DNA of 64,000 bases from Basidiobolus meristosporus CBS 931.73. Taxonomy: Eukaryota; Fungi; Basidiobolomycota. Positions 49,021-62,900 of the stretch are shown here, one piece after another (the first letter of the stretch is position 1; every line of letters begins with the position of its first letter). The stretch spans positions 59,798 through 123,797 of the forward strand of contig MCFE01000220.1 in assembly GCA_002104905.1 (NCBI GenBank), read 5' to 3'. The translations under genes and the position numbers were made by a program. The notes beneath the pieces are model-generated. The model did no database searches, had not been told where the DNA came from, and worked only from the letters and a program-made list of their open reading frames with translations.

Positions 49021-52000
49021 TGTTATGATCTACCGCTTGAATGTTTAAGTTAGATCAGTTTTTAGTCAAATCAATTAGTATATGTTTAGGTTATCAGTAT
49101 ATCAGTATTATCTATGAAATTAGTAGCATTAGTCAGCAAATGAATCAGCAGATCCTTATCAGACAGAAATTGATATATTAAGTAGGATCTTATTGGGTGA
49201 TGATGATGCAATCAAATGAGTCATCAGCCACAACCTACATTAGGAAATACAATTAGTCAGCAATTGATCTGGCAAAATGTATATAAGGAGCTGCTGGAAC
49301 CTCAATAAAAATCAGTTCAAGTTTTAGTGAATACAATACTAGCTAAACTCCCTATTCCTCTACAACTCTTATACCAAGACTTGTAACATTGGTAGCAGCG
49401 ATAACCAGAAACCTCCCTCCTGAAGAAAGAAGAAACCACCCTCAAGATGTCGGACAATCAAGAATGGAAGAATGCCATGCAGCAAATCCTGGCCCAACAG
49501 CAACAGCTACTCCAGATCCTCAGCCAACAGCAACAAGGAATGACTACCATGGCTCAGAGCCAGCAAAGCCCTGTCCAGAGCAACTTTAGTGTGAAGGTCA
49601 ACCGGTACCATGGCAGAGTCAATGAAAACCTGGGGACTTGGCTCTTTCAGATTGAAGAAGCTTTCAAAGCTAAAGGAATTGCTCCAGAGAGCAAGTTGCA
49701 TTATGCAGCTTCTTACCTGGCAGATGCAGCTTTACAGTGGTACCACAACAAGATCAGGTCAGCCACTATGATGGGATGCTCTACAATCTCTACCTGGGAT
49801 GAGTTTGTGTTGGAAATTCAGGATGCTTTTGAACCTCCACACCAGCAGACACTACTAAGAAGGAAGTTAAAGACACTCAGACAGAAAGGAATGGTGCAAG
49901 AATACATCTATGAGTACAGATGTCTACTTGGGCAAATTGAAAGAATGGACCCCTTGGATCAAGTTGAATACTTTATTGATGGGTTGAAAGAAAGAACTCG
50001 CAAGGAAGTGAATTACCAGAGACCTCAGACTATTGAAGTAGCCATCAAGATTGCCATTGACTATGACTCAGCTATGTTTGGAGTTGGGAAGCCTACAGTG
50101 ACTAATCAGAAAGGCTATAATCATTATGAAAGAAGACAATCAGAAGCAGTACCAATGGAAATAGACGCTATGCAGAAGAGTCCCTCCTCAGAAGAATGCA
50201 AGAAAAGAGGACTTTGCTTCAATTGCCACCAGCAGGGACATATTGCAAAGTACTGCCCTCAGAGAAGAAATGGACACCAGCCAACAAGAACCTTCAACCA
50301 TATTGGGTCCCATGAACACAGTAATGTGGAAGATGAGCTTGAAGAAGACTTGGAACTCACCTTCCATATGACAGAAGAGTACTTGTCCCAAATGACTTCA
50401 AACTCAGGGAAGTTATTGTACTTGAATGGAGTAATCAATGGAGTACCTGCCAAGATCATGATTGACTCAGGAGCATCACATGAGTACATGTCAGAGCAAT
50501 TTGCTTTGAAAGCTGGAATCAACTCGGAACCTACCAAATCAACTTCAGTTTCCACAGCTGATGGGAACTCCCACATAATCAACCGTATTACCCAGCCAGT
50601 AAGAATGAAGATCAATGACTATGAAGAAGACCTACAGGCTTATATATTTGGGAACTGCAAGTTTGACCTTGTACTTGGAAAAACCTGGCTATTTTGTTGT
50701 AATCCATCAATCAACTGGAGAACCTATGCTACTCAGATCCAAAAAGACAACAAGACCTATGAGCTATTACCTGCCAGGCTGGATTTCAACTTGGTCAATT
50801 CCAGTGTGTGTGAGACAAGTGAACTTAGCAAGACCCAGTTCTGTAGAGCACTTAGAAAAGGTACCAAGATGTTCCTCATGGTGGTATTACAGGAGGATTC
50901 CTCTATCCCAGCACCCCAGGAGGTCCAGACTCTCTTGAAGAAATATTCAGACGTGTTCCCAGATGAGCTTGTAAGCCTACCACCAGTCAGAGACGTGGAT
51001 CATGCCATTGACACAGGAGATAGCCCTCCAGTGAGCAAGACACCTTACAGAATGAGTCCATTAGAATTGGAGGAAATGAAGAGACAAATTGATCAGCTAT
51101 TGGAGCAAGGATACATCAGGCCCAGCAAGTCACCCTGGGGAGCACCAGTGCTTTTTGTGAAAAAGAAGGATGGAACACTTAGGATGTGCATTGACTACAG
51201 AGCCCTGAACTCAGTTACTGTCAAGAATAAGTACCCCATACCTTGCATTGATGAGCTTTTAGACCAACTTAATGGAGCCACTATTTTCAGCAAGATTGAC
51301 CTCATGTCAGGATACAACCAGATTAGGGTGAAGCCAGAAGACATCCCCAAGACAGCATTCAGGACCAGATATGGACATTACAAGTACTTAGTCATGAGTT
51401 TTGGCCTCACCAATGCCCCTGCAACATTCATGATGCTGATGCAGACTGTCTTTCAGGAGTACTTAGACAAGTTTGTGATAATCTACCTGGATGACATATT
51501 GATATACAGCAAGACAGAAGAGGATTACGTAGTGCACATTGAAAAGGTCTTGAAGAAACTAAGAGAGAACAAGCTATATGGCAAGCTAGCCAAGTGTGAA
51601 TTCTTCAAGGAGCACGTTGAATACCTGGGACACATAGTGACTAGCACAGGAGTAACCTTAGACCCAAAGAAGGTGGAAGTAATCAAGAAATTGAAGCAGC
51701 CCCATAGCATATCAGAATTCAGATCATTCATTGGAATGGTTTCCTATTATTGGCGATTTGTCAAGTCTTTTGCAAGTATTGCAGCCCCTTTAACTGATAT
51801 CCTCAAGAAAGACAATACCTACAAGTGGGACATAGCTTGTGAGACTGCCTTCCAGACGCTCAAGAATGAACTTGCTAAGCTGCCAAGCCTAAGAATACCA
51901 GACTTCAGAAAAGAGTTCACTCTGTGCACAGATGCTTCAGATTATGCAATTGGTGGAGTGCTGAGCCAAGAACACAAGGGAAAGGACTACCCTGTTGCCT

Positions 52001-53733
52001 TTGAATCCAAGAAACTGAACTCAGCAGAACAAAACTATCCAGTCCATGAGAAGGAGATGCTTGCCATAATACACTGTTTGAAGACATGGAGATGCTATAT
52101 TGAAGGAGTCAAATGCACTGTGAAGACTGATCATGCCTCCCTCAAGTATATATTTACTCAGAAGGTACTCTCTAGAAGAATGACAAGATGGAGTGAATAC
52201 ATTCAGCAATTTGACCTGGAGATTGTCTACTGCCCTGGAAAAAACAACACGGTTGCTGATGCCTTATCAAGATTAGATCAAGTTGCACAACTCAACTTGG
52301 TGCATAAATCAGATTGGCCTAGCCTATTACCAAAGTACTTGGAGGACCAAGCCATTCCTAATGAGGTGGATGAAGATATCAAGAAGATAATCCGTGATGA
52401 AGCCAGCAAATTTGTTGTACAGGATGAAACACTCTACCAAATTGTTGATGGAAGCCCTATTGCCTATTGTCCTTATGTTGCTTGCCTGGATTTAATACAT
52501 AAGCTACACAATGGATATGGACATCTTGGGATTGAAGGAACCTATAGCCTTGTGAAAGCAAGAGCATGGTGGCCCAGAATGAAACAAGATATTGAGAAGC
52601 TAATGAAAACATGCCCAAACTGCCAAATCAAGTTTGGATGCCCTGTGGAGATCTTATCCAGTAGAGGTGCAAGCTTTATGGCCAAGACATTAGAGGCTTA
52701 CCTAGATATGCAGCAGATCAGACACTTGAAAACCTTGGCATATCACCCCAGAACTAATGAAGTCACTGAGCGGTTTAATGGATTATTTGGAAAAATGCTG
52801 ACCAAGTATGCAAATGGAGTTGTCAGTAGATGGGATGAGTATATAGACCAAGCACTCTTTGCATGCAGAGTCAGAGTACACAACACCACCCAGCAATCAC
52901 CATTTTACTTAGTTTATGGATGTGAACCAAGGATTCCAGGAGATCTCACACAATCAAAGCTTACAGACACCTTAGAAGATGAACTCAGTCAGCCAAGTAG
53001 ACACCAGCAACTGGAACAAAGACGTCAAGAGGCACAGACCAAAGTATCTCAAAGTGCAGAAAGGATGAAGCAGAGATTTGATAAGACTTTAGCACCAGAA
53101 GCATTGACAGTTGGGAACTTTGTATTGCTAAGAAACAACACTTGGAAGAAGTTTGAGCCACAATGAACAGGACCATTCAAGATCATCAGAGAATGTCCAT
53201 TTGCAACTTACCAACTGGTGGACAAACAAGGTAATATCTGGGAAGACTTAGTGCATAGGGACAGACTCAAGCGTACAAGACTTGCTGATAATACTGAACC
53301 ATCAAGATATTGGTATCACAAGAAAAGAGATTCAGGAGAACCCTCTCAACTTTAGTAGGGGAGAATGTTATGATCTGCCGCTTGAATGTTTAAGTTAGAT
53401 CAGTTTTTAGTCAAATCAATTAGTATATGTTTAGGTTATCAGTATATCAGTATTATCTATGAAATCAGTAGCATTAGTCAGCAAATGAATCAGCAGATCC
53501 TTATCAGACAGAAATAGATATATTAAGTAGGATCTTATTGGGTGATGATGATGCAATCAAATGAGTCATCAGCCACAACCTACATTAGGAAATACAATTA
53601 GTCAGCAATTGATCTGACAAAATGTATATAAGGAGCTGCTGGAACCTCAATAAAAATCAGTTCAAGTTTTAGTGAATACAATACTAGCTAAACTCCCTAT
53701 TCCTCTACAACTCTTATACCAAGACTTGTAACA
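49021..53733 (+). mobile_element. Ty3/gypsy family B copy E3 (integrase-defective), LTRs 49021-49388 and 53366-53733, TSD CCTG
   Basis: About four LTR differences by eye; CCTG at 49017-49020 and 53734-53737; PBS 49390-49400. Confidence 0.95.
49447..53166 (+). pseudogene. E3 gag-pol, 1239 aa, with an in-frame ~75-aa integrase deletion and a premature stop
   Basis: CPNCQI joins directly to KFGCPVE, removing WGIDF (first catalytic Asp); TGG>TGA at 53164-53166. Confidence 0.92.
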
Positions 53734-53930
53734 CCTGCTGGATTCTGGACCCCCTTATAGGGGCACTCTGGCTCTTGTTTGTGAGGATCCATCACTGAAT
53801 ATTATAAATATTGACTTGTGATAAGGAGAAACCTAGTATGTCTTGGCTCAGAAGGCCACTTAAATAAATATACATCCAGTTCATCCTGTTCTTACATTTA
53901 TATAGCTGCATATGCATATGCCAGTATATA

Positions 53931-54660
53931 GACTTGTTCTGTTGGATAGTGCCACACTGAGCCATTAGTGCCAAATGATGCCATAGTGTGCCAGGGAGAC
54001 TAAGCAAACCTATACTTGGCCACAAAGTGTGAAACATAGATCTGCATCTTCATGCAAAGTAGCCCCTGTGTTTCATCTATTTTGTTGGAGAAAATCCATT
54101 TTTTGACCTTTTTTTTAGGTCAATGTTGCGCAGGATGTTTAAGAACACAAAAGGATTGAAATATGCATTTGGCACTCAATACCCATGCCACTCTGAATCT
54201 AGCTCCTGTGGCTTGTAACATGTCACAAAAATGCATGGCATTATCTTGGTCCACTGGTACTATCTGGCACTATAAGTACTTTGTAGAGATCTTACTTTAG
54301 GGCTAATAATTAAATATAGTGCCAGATATTATCAGTGGACCAAGATAGTGCCATGCATTTTTGTGACATGTTACAAGCCACAGGAGCTAGATTCAGAGTG
54401 TCATGGGTATTGAGTACCTGATTCATGTCTTCTATTCTTCTGTGCTCTTACACATCCTCCACAACATAAATATACAAAAATACGTCAAAAAAAGGATTTT
54501 CTCCTGCATCATAGGTGAAACACAATGGCTGCTTTGCATGAAGATGTAGATCTATGTTTCACACTCTGTGGCCAAGTATAGGCTCACTTGGCCTCTCTGG
54601 CACACTATGGCATCATTTGGCACTCATGGCTCAATGTGGCACTATCCAACAGAACAAGTC
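53931..54660. repeat. 730-bp palindrome, second copy (arms 53931-54274 and 54315-54660; 40-bp spacer)
   Basis: Homologous to 11283-12014; its spacer is the reverse complement of the copy 1 spacer. Confidence 0.92.
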
Positions 54661-56058
54661 TTATGTATTGAAAATATTTGTGCTTGAGAGGTACTGAGGG
54701 TGTTACTTTTCAGCTTCACAATATTTCTCTGACTGCATGAGCATCTTTAGACAGGGTATTGTTGGATTATACCTGAGATATGAACAATGATTGCCTTTTA
54801 TGGTGGTGAATGCCTGGGAAGTTGGGCAGCTTGCAATGGTGACAATGTCTGATCTGAAAGCCATTCAAGTGTAACACATGTTGGTATCAGGATGGTCTCT
54901 GGGTGATATTTTGACATCCACATGATTCATGTACATTTATAAAATGTACCTGATAAGTAGTATCCCAGAATGATTTTGGCATGAAGTAGTAGTAAATCTT
55001 CAAAGCCCCTATATATATACTGCCAAATAGTACCAGTGGACCAAGATAGTGCCATGCATTTTTGTGACATGTTACGAGCCACAGGTGCTAGATTCAGAGT
55101 GTCATGGGCATTGAGTACCTGATTCATATCTTCTGTACTTCTGTGCTCTTACACATCCTCCACAACATTAATATACAAAAAAATGTCAAAAAAAGGATTT
55201 TCTCCTGCATCATAGGTGAAACACAATGGCTGCTTTGCATGAAGATGTAGATCTATGTTTCACACTCTGTGGCCAAGTATAGGCTCACTTGGCCTCTCTG
55301 GCACACTATGGCATCATTTGGCACTCATGGCTCAATGTGGCACTATCCAACGGAACAAGTCTTATATATTGAAAATATTTGTGCTTGAGAGACACTGAGG
55401 GTGTTACTTTAAGCTTCACAATATTTCTCTGACTGCATGAGCATCTTTAGACAGGGTATTGTTGGAGTATACCTGAAATATGAACAATGATTGCCTTTTA
55501 TGGTGGTGAATGCCTGCAAAGTTGGGCAGCTTGCAATGGTGACAATGTCTGATCTGAAAACCATTCAAGTGTAACACATGTTGGTATCAGGATGGTCTCT
55601 GGGTGATATTTTGACATCCACATGATTCATGTACATTTATAAAATGTACCTGATAAGTAGTATCCCAGAATGATTTTGGCATGAAGTAGTAGTAAATCTT
55701 CAAAGCCCCTATATATATACTGCCAATTAGCACCAGTGGACCAAGATAGTGCCATTCATTTTTGTGGCATGATACATGATACAGGAGCTAGATTCAGAGT
55801 GCCATGGGTATTGAGAATTAGGTGCATGTCTTCAATCCCTCTGTGCTCTTACACATCATGTACAACATTAATCCAAAAAAAAGGTCAAAAATGAATTTTC
55901 TCCAGTACAGCTGGTGAAACACAGGGGCTGCTTTGCCTGAAGATGCAAAGCTATGTTTCACACTCTGTGGCCAAGTGTACGCTCACTTGGCCTCCCTGGC
56001 TCACAATGGTATCTTTGGCACTCACGGCTTGGTGTGGCACTATCCAACAGAACAAGTC
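54320..56058 (+). repeat. Tandem array with 700-bp period: arm-unique-arm-unique-arm
   Basis: 54320-55020 is near-identical to 55021-55720; a third, more diverged arm lies at 55721-56058. Confidence 0.9.
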
Positions 56059-59000
56059 TAATGTATCAAGTCCTGAACCTTTGGGTGTAGACCAGCAAAC
56101 TATCATCATAGCATTACCACTACCTGTACCAGCAAGTATGTAGCCTTCCTATATCAAATCATTAGTGAGGCAGTTGGTACAGTGGCTGATAGGGAGAAGT
56201 TAGGAAACAGTCTAGAGTCAAGATGAGCAGATAATACATATAAAGCAATCAATATTGCAGGCAGAGAATGCATCATCTTTGCTGCAAAGAAGGATTCATG
56301 TAGCTCAATGACACAGCTGAGACTTGAGCCATTACCTAACACAGCAGCAGCAGAACACTATAAATCATTTGAAGCACATGAGCATTGCCCAAGGATAAAG
56401 CTCACAGTAGACCCTATCATAGTATGAGTGGCAGTGGCTATGGTGCTTATACCATAGCTTGAATTTCAAAAGACAATCAAGATCTGTGAAGCTGTTGAAT
56501 GATGATAGGTTGGCTGATATTCAAGAGACTGTTAGAGTCTTACACACCATCACCTCAATGCTGGCATACCATAGTACCTTCAGATGCTTAAGGCTTAGCA
56601 GAATGAGCTTGACTTGTTCACTGGGCATGATCATGGACTCAAACAAGCCAATGGATTGCCAACCAGCAATGCTATACTTCAAAAGTATCTCAAGAATAGA
56701 AGAAATTATCAAAGACAGAAGAAGAGTGCCATTGCTAAAGGCAGCAGCTTCCTCAAGAACCTGTTACAAGCAGGGCCAAAAGCTCTGAACAAGTGTTAAT
56801 GAAGCATTGGGTGGCAGGAAGAGTGCTAATAAGAGACAAGCAGGCAGACATGCATGTACTAGCGCAATATTTATCTTGGAAAACTCATAGTTCCATTCAA
56901 GAAGCACTCAGTCAAAATAGCAGTTAAGAACCTGGCAGTCATAAAAACCAGTGGCTTCCCAGGGAGCCAGTCACAGCTAAGGATGAATGATCAAAACAAG
57001 TGAACAAGATACATCAGGTAGCTGGAAGAGTGCTGATAAGGAGCAGGAAGGCAGAAACAATTGCAGCAGTGCAGTATTTTTTGAGAGGAAAGCAAAGCTC
57101 AATACAAGAAGCACTCCCACAAAGTAGCAGTGAGAACCTTGGCAGTGTTAAAGGAAAAAAAAGGGGAAAAGTTTAGCCAGGCCACACGCTGGTAAGTTTA
57201 AGAAAAAAGCTCAGCTCTTGCCAATTGATGCCTTCAGCCTGGAATAGGCTGAGTATTACTATAGCAAAGAAAAATTACTAAGACAAAATGAGTTGGAAGT
57301 ATAGCAAGTTGCGCTACACTCTGGAGAGGTACATGAGTTTGCAGAGAGTAGCAACTTGAGTACCACTGCCTTGACTTCCTGTATTGTGGGAGAGTATAGA
57401 TCCTACTGATAGACAAAGCAGCAAAATCAAGTAATAAAGAGGCTATAACAGTGCCTACAGAAGAACTTTGTTACATTAATAGGCACATCAAGAGGTTGCA
57501 GCACTTCTTCAAGAGCAGTGCTTAGTAGAATGCACTTGAATATTGCAAATACTTATAGCAAAGACTGGCAGATAAGATGCTAGACCTTGTAGTGCCAGAT
57601 GAAGACAATGCATTATGAGAAGCAGTGAGTGAGCAATGGCTCAAAGCCACTGGGCTCCCACCAGAGTTATAGTAAAAGGGGGTTTTGGCTGAGAAACTAA
57701 TGGAATGGATAAGTTTAATGAAGTTACTTGCTGAGCCTGAGGTTGGGCTTAATATTAGTGTTGGGTATAGACACTTTACAGCTCAGTTCAACTAGATGTT
57801 GAGTTACATTCAAGGATTAGAAGGAAATAAACCAATCTGTATGCATAACAAGTACAAGCATTTTTGAGTCTGGATGTAAGGTGCATGATGAAGAGGCAAT
57901 AGCAATCTATTTACACTTTCATAGGAGGTGGATGAGTGTCTGTAATCATAAAGTGAGATATTTGGCAGGGGACCAACCGGAAGCTACCTATGTAATATTG
58001 TGATGAATTGATGGACCAGGTTTTCTGTGAGATATGGGTTAGGGTTTTTTTAGACAGTCTGTGTATAGGGTCTTAATGTCTGCAATACCTCTTAATCATG
58101 GGACTTGAATTATATGACGGTGTAGTGGGGTGACAGTGACACCCACTGACAGATGTGCTCATTCCCTTATTTTCTACTTCCCTATATCCCTACTACACTC
58201 ATTTTAGTTTTATCCCATTTGTCTTACCCAATCAGTACTATCCCATAAGCCGGTTGACTATCACACCTGCTTACCTTATTGCATAAGTTACCCCTCACTT
58301 TATGTAAGATTACTAGTTACAAGTGCTTCTATATTAGGCAAGTACCCGCGCCAGTACCCGTGACACATGATCAACCCGTGTCACCATCCCTACCATTTCC
58401 ATACCATATATGGTATCCCCATGTTACACAGGTTTCAGAATACTGATTCCTGATTGGTTGGATGTGCTGTGCCTCTTAGAACCTTCCGGCACCTACTTAG
58501 AACATTCTTAGGTCATTCTGATGTCATTAAGATTTCTATTGAACTCCGGAACCTTCTGGAACACCATGATTAGTAATCACTTAGCCAGTGAAGAAAAGTA
58601 TATAAGGGAGGCTATCCCTCAACAATAAATCATCATCCCTTTTATCAATATACCAACTTGTTGATTAGTGTGATCACTGCTACCTGCTGCTACCTGAACT
58701 TCCAACCCTAGACCACAGGACACTCCCAGGAAACCGCGCTGACAGCCAACTGACCTTGGAGGCACTACTTGTGAGGAATACTCAGAGTAGGTATCTTTTA
58801 TTATATTTGATTCTTTCCCAAGTTTGTTCTTGTACAGGCAAAGATACTTTTCTGTCTTTGTAACTATTGACCAAAGCTGCATTCTTATCAAGTCCCTGCT
58901 GGTGGAGTTTACAGTTGTTTTGACTTTGGAAGCTTTAGTACATTGTCATCTCAAAGGACGCTGAACCCAGCACATACTTTTGTTAAGACGCCAACTAAGT

Positions 59001-59333
59001 TGGGGATTGTAGCTCAATAGTTTTCCCTTGACAAGCTTGTGGCTTTATTCCCCTTCACATTAGATTAGAGACAGAACCCAAGTATTCCTAGCAAGCTTTT
59101 GCCAGAGGTTATCGCACCCAGTGAACACCCCACACACAAAACACTTGAGAAGTGTTGGACGTATCTCTCCCTTGGACTTATACACCACCACATATTTGGC
59201 ACCCAACGTGGGGGGTTCATACAAGCTCCCTAGGACCCAACAAGATTTACCTGAAGATTTGAGCTGTTATCCACCTATTGAAAAGAGACTACCGATATTA
59301 CCAAGATTACAACACCAACATACCTGCCCAAAA

Positions 59334-59924
59334 ATGAACTCTATGCCATTACCACTCTCACATGGAGCCCCACAGTTTGATGGAAAGAATGTGGAGAGCT
59401 TCATATTCAAATGGGAGAAGCTCTGCAAGATGTGCAGCCTGTCTGAACAAGAAATGGCTGAAGACTTCCCCTACTACTGCACCGATGATATTACCACTAA
59501 GCTTCTCAAACAAGGAGACATTCTCACTGACTGGGCCTTAATGAAGACCTACCTACAGACCGAGTATGGTAGACCCCAGATATACTATGGAATTGAAGAT
59601 CTCAGGCACTTTGGAAGAACTGGACTTTCCAAGCTACCACTTGAAGAGTTCATTCAACAGTATGAAGATATGGCCAAGCCACTCCTAGAGTCCCAGGCTA
59701 TAACTGAGTTTACCATGACACTTTACCTTGCACAAGGGCTTCCCCAGGACTTGGCAAGGAAAGTTGACTTACATGCTGCCAAGGATGACAAGTCTGGCAT
59801 TCCTTGCTTTGCAGAGATGAAACGTGTTCTCCTAGAGGCAAAGCAAACTTCTACCTTTATGAGACTCCTGACATCTAATCTGCCAGATCCAGTCAACCAA
59901 GGAGCCAAGGAGTGCTGCTGCTGA
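59334..59924 (+). CDS. Family E gag, N-terminal part
   Basis: MNSMPLPLSHGAPQFDGKNVESFIFKWEKLC resembles fungal gypsy gag starts; the ATG at 59334 is in the 59121-59924 frame. Confidence 0.75.
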   Translation: MNSMPLPLSHGAPQFDGKNVESFIFKWEKLCKMCSLSEQEMAEDFPYYCTDDITTKLLKQGDILTDWALMKTYLQTEYGRPQIYYGIEDLRHFGRTGLSKLPLEEFIQQYEDMAKPLLESQAITEFTMTLYLAQGLPQDLARKVDLHAAKDDKSGIPCFAEMKRVLLEAKQTSTFMRLLTSNLPDPVNQGAKECCC

Positions 59925-62900
59925 CAATCAGACCTACACTACCGACAGAATTGACCAACTTGCTGAACAGTTACAAAAGCTAGCCCTCAAGATTAATGGC
60001 TCAGCTGAGGTTGCTACTGAGGGACAAAGACCTTTGCCCAGGCACTGCATCTGGTGTGACTCTACTCAGCATGCCAGACGAGAATGCTCAGAGCTTAGTC
60101 AGCTACTCAGAGAAGGAGCAGTACAGTTTGATGCTGATGGAATGCTTGCTGACAAGGAAGGAAGAAGGATTCCCACTAATTTCCGAAGAGGAGGGATGAG
60201 AGCCCTTTTCCAGAAATCTGACTCAGCAACCAGAAAGATTACTGTTGATGCCCCTATTGGGACTCATAAAGTGAATCCAAGCAGCTCTGACAACAGACAA
60301 TATGAAGTTGATGCCTTTGCTACCAAAAGACACCTCCCTGAAGAACCTGCCAAACCCATCCTTAGAAGACCACGATTTGAAGAACCTGAAGTTGTTATTG
60401 ACAAGAGGCCTAGTATGCTGCCCACCCAAGATCCATTGCCTCACTTTCAGATGACCTCAAAGATAACAAGCTACTCAAGCCCTCAACTGATTACTGAGAA
60501 GCTGCTGAAGCAGAACCTCACTTTGTCGGTTGGAGAAATCATGAGTGTATCCCCATCTGTTAGGAAGACCTTTGATGAGCAGCTTAGAACAAGACGACAA
60601 GCTGTTGAACATATGGACACCCATATTATTCACACAAACCATGAAGACCACCAAAAAGATGACAACACTACTGAGTATAAGACCTTTTACTCAGTTGCAA
60701 CTGCTGTGGTGAAAGGATATATATATGATGACCCTGTTGACTGCCATATTGACAGTGGCTCAGAGATTTGTGTTATGCCGCTAGACTTCTGGAAGACACT
60801 TAGAAGCAAGGAGCTACTGCCTGTTGATAGAGATATTGGATGGAACATGACTGATGCAAACTCAGGATCTAGTCCACTCTACGGTGTAGTGCACAAGTTC
60901 CCTATTGAGGTACAAGGAATCAAGGTCTGGCTTCCCCTCTTCATCTGCCAGAAGGCAAACTTTGACCTTCTGCTAGGTAGACCATGGGAAACCAGTACTA
61001 AGGCTACAACTACCAACTATTCCGATGGGTCAGTATGGTACACCATACAAGGATCCAATCCAGGACTACAGTCAACCTTCTGTGGTGTAACACCCAACAA
61101 TAAGAGGACACATACTGCTTGCCAGAAGACACATCTTGTTATGGAAGAAGATGAAGAGCCTGACAATATACACCCCAACATTTGGAGCTGCTCATTAGGT
61201 ATACAGGAGCAAACAGCTATGGTTCGAACAAAATACAAGACAGTAGAACAGAAGATTAGACCATCACTTACACCTTTGACTGATGGATCCCGACCTGCTG
61301 ATTACATTAGACCACCAGAAGAAACACCAGATGATACACGACTTACACCTGAGAGACTTAAGCAACTTATCATTGGTGATGGAAACCTTACACCAGAGGA
61401 GATACTATTATTTAAGGAGACCTTGAAAAGGCATGATAAGGTCTTCTCATATAATGACAAGGAGATGGGACTCTTAAAGACATCGGTTGAAAAACCCATC
61501 AAGATTCATACAGTGCCCCACACACCCTGGTCATTTAAGCCTTACCCACTGCCCAGAGGACTCCAAGCTGATGTGCATGACCTACTTAAGAAGAAGATAG
61601 AAGCTGGTATCCTAGAACCTTGCCATGGGCCCTATGCTAACAGATGGTTTGTAACCAAAAAGAAGAATGGAAAGCTCCGATTCATTCAAGACATGCAACC
61701 TGCAAATGCTGTCACTATCAGAGATGCTGCTATACCTCCATCTATTGATGACTTTGCAGAAAGCTTTAGTGGCCACTCCATCTACTCAACATACGATCTC
61801 TACTCAGGATATGACCAGATTCCCCTTGATGAGACATCAAGAGATATGTTTGCACTACAGACACCATTTGGACTATTAAGGATGACAAGACTCAGCCAAG
61901 GGGCTACAAACTCCGTGGCTCAGTTCCAGAGATGCATGGTGAATGTGCTATACCAGTTTATACCTGAGAAACTTGCTGTCTTTGTGGATGACATAGGCAT
62001 CAAAGGATCAAAATTCCGGGACACCACTGAAGTTATGCCTGGAGTAAGAAAGTTTGTCTATGACCATATTGCAGACAATGATGCCATACTAGGAGCCATT
62101 GAAGAAGCTGGACTCACCATCAGTGGTGAGAAAAGCAGCTTTGGTGTATCAGAGATATCCATTGTTGGACAAAAATGCAACACCTTTGGTCGCTCACCTG
62201 GAGACTCCAAGACACAAAAGATATGCAACTGGCCTACCCCCACAAATCTAACACAAGCTCGTGGCTTTGTGGCAGCTTGTGGGTTCTTTAGGATCTGGAT
62301 CCCAAGATTTTCTGAGATAGCAGAACCAATCTACCGACTACAGAGAAAGAATACCCCATTTATCTGGGGAGAAGAGCAAGAAGAAGCCATGCAATTACTG
62401 AAAGAGGCCTTAGTATCTCCACCAGTTCTAAGACCTCTTGACTATCAAAACACTGAATGCCCACCTATTTTGACAGTGGATGCAAGCCCCATAGGAGCTG
62501 GAGCACTACTTGGACAAGATGATGAAGATGGCAACCGCTATGCCTGCAGATATGAGAGCTGCCTATTCTCTCCTAGAGAACAAAGATACTCACAGATTAA
62601 GAGAGAACTACTAGGAGTTGTGAAGATGCTGAGGAAACTGAAGTCACAACTCTACATGACACATTTTATCCTGGAGACAGATGCCAAGCCACTTATAGGA
62701 ATGATCAACAAGCCTGACCTACCTGATGATGCCACAAACCGATGGATGGCATGGCTGAAAATGTTTGACTTTGAGGTCAAACATATCCCTGGCAAGACAA
62801 ATGTTGTGGCTGATGCACTCTCCAGGAAGGGACCACAATTATTTGAAGACTTGGACCCTCACTTTGACGATATTATTGATGCAGAGATCCGACAGATTGC

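Larger units (their letters stand above)
48546..58120. mobile_element. Tnp2/CACTA-type DNA transposon, copy 2 (same orientation as copy 1); right end displaced by the family E insertion
   Basis: Left end GCCTATGAATAATAACTTGG matches 8676; transposase C-terminal relic (-) around E3; palindrome; ORF2 relic 56060-58000; homology to ~14400 stops at 58120. Confidence 0.72.

Noticed and set aside
24100-53200. Classical ascomycete RIP as the cause of repeat decay
   Set aside because: Changes seen between copies centre on CpG rather than CpA, and long ORFs persist without the dense stop codons RIP produces.
59002-59017. tRNA-like start GGGGATTGTAGCTCAA
   Set aside because: No D-stem, anticodon arm or TTCRA T-loop follows, so no cloverleaf can be built.
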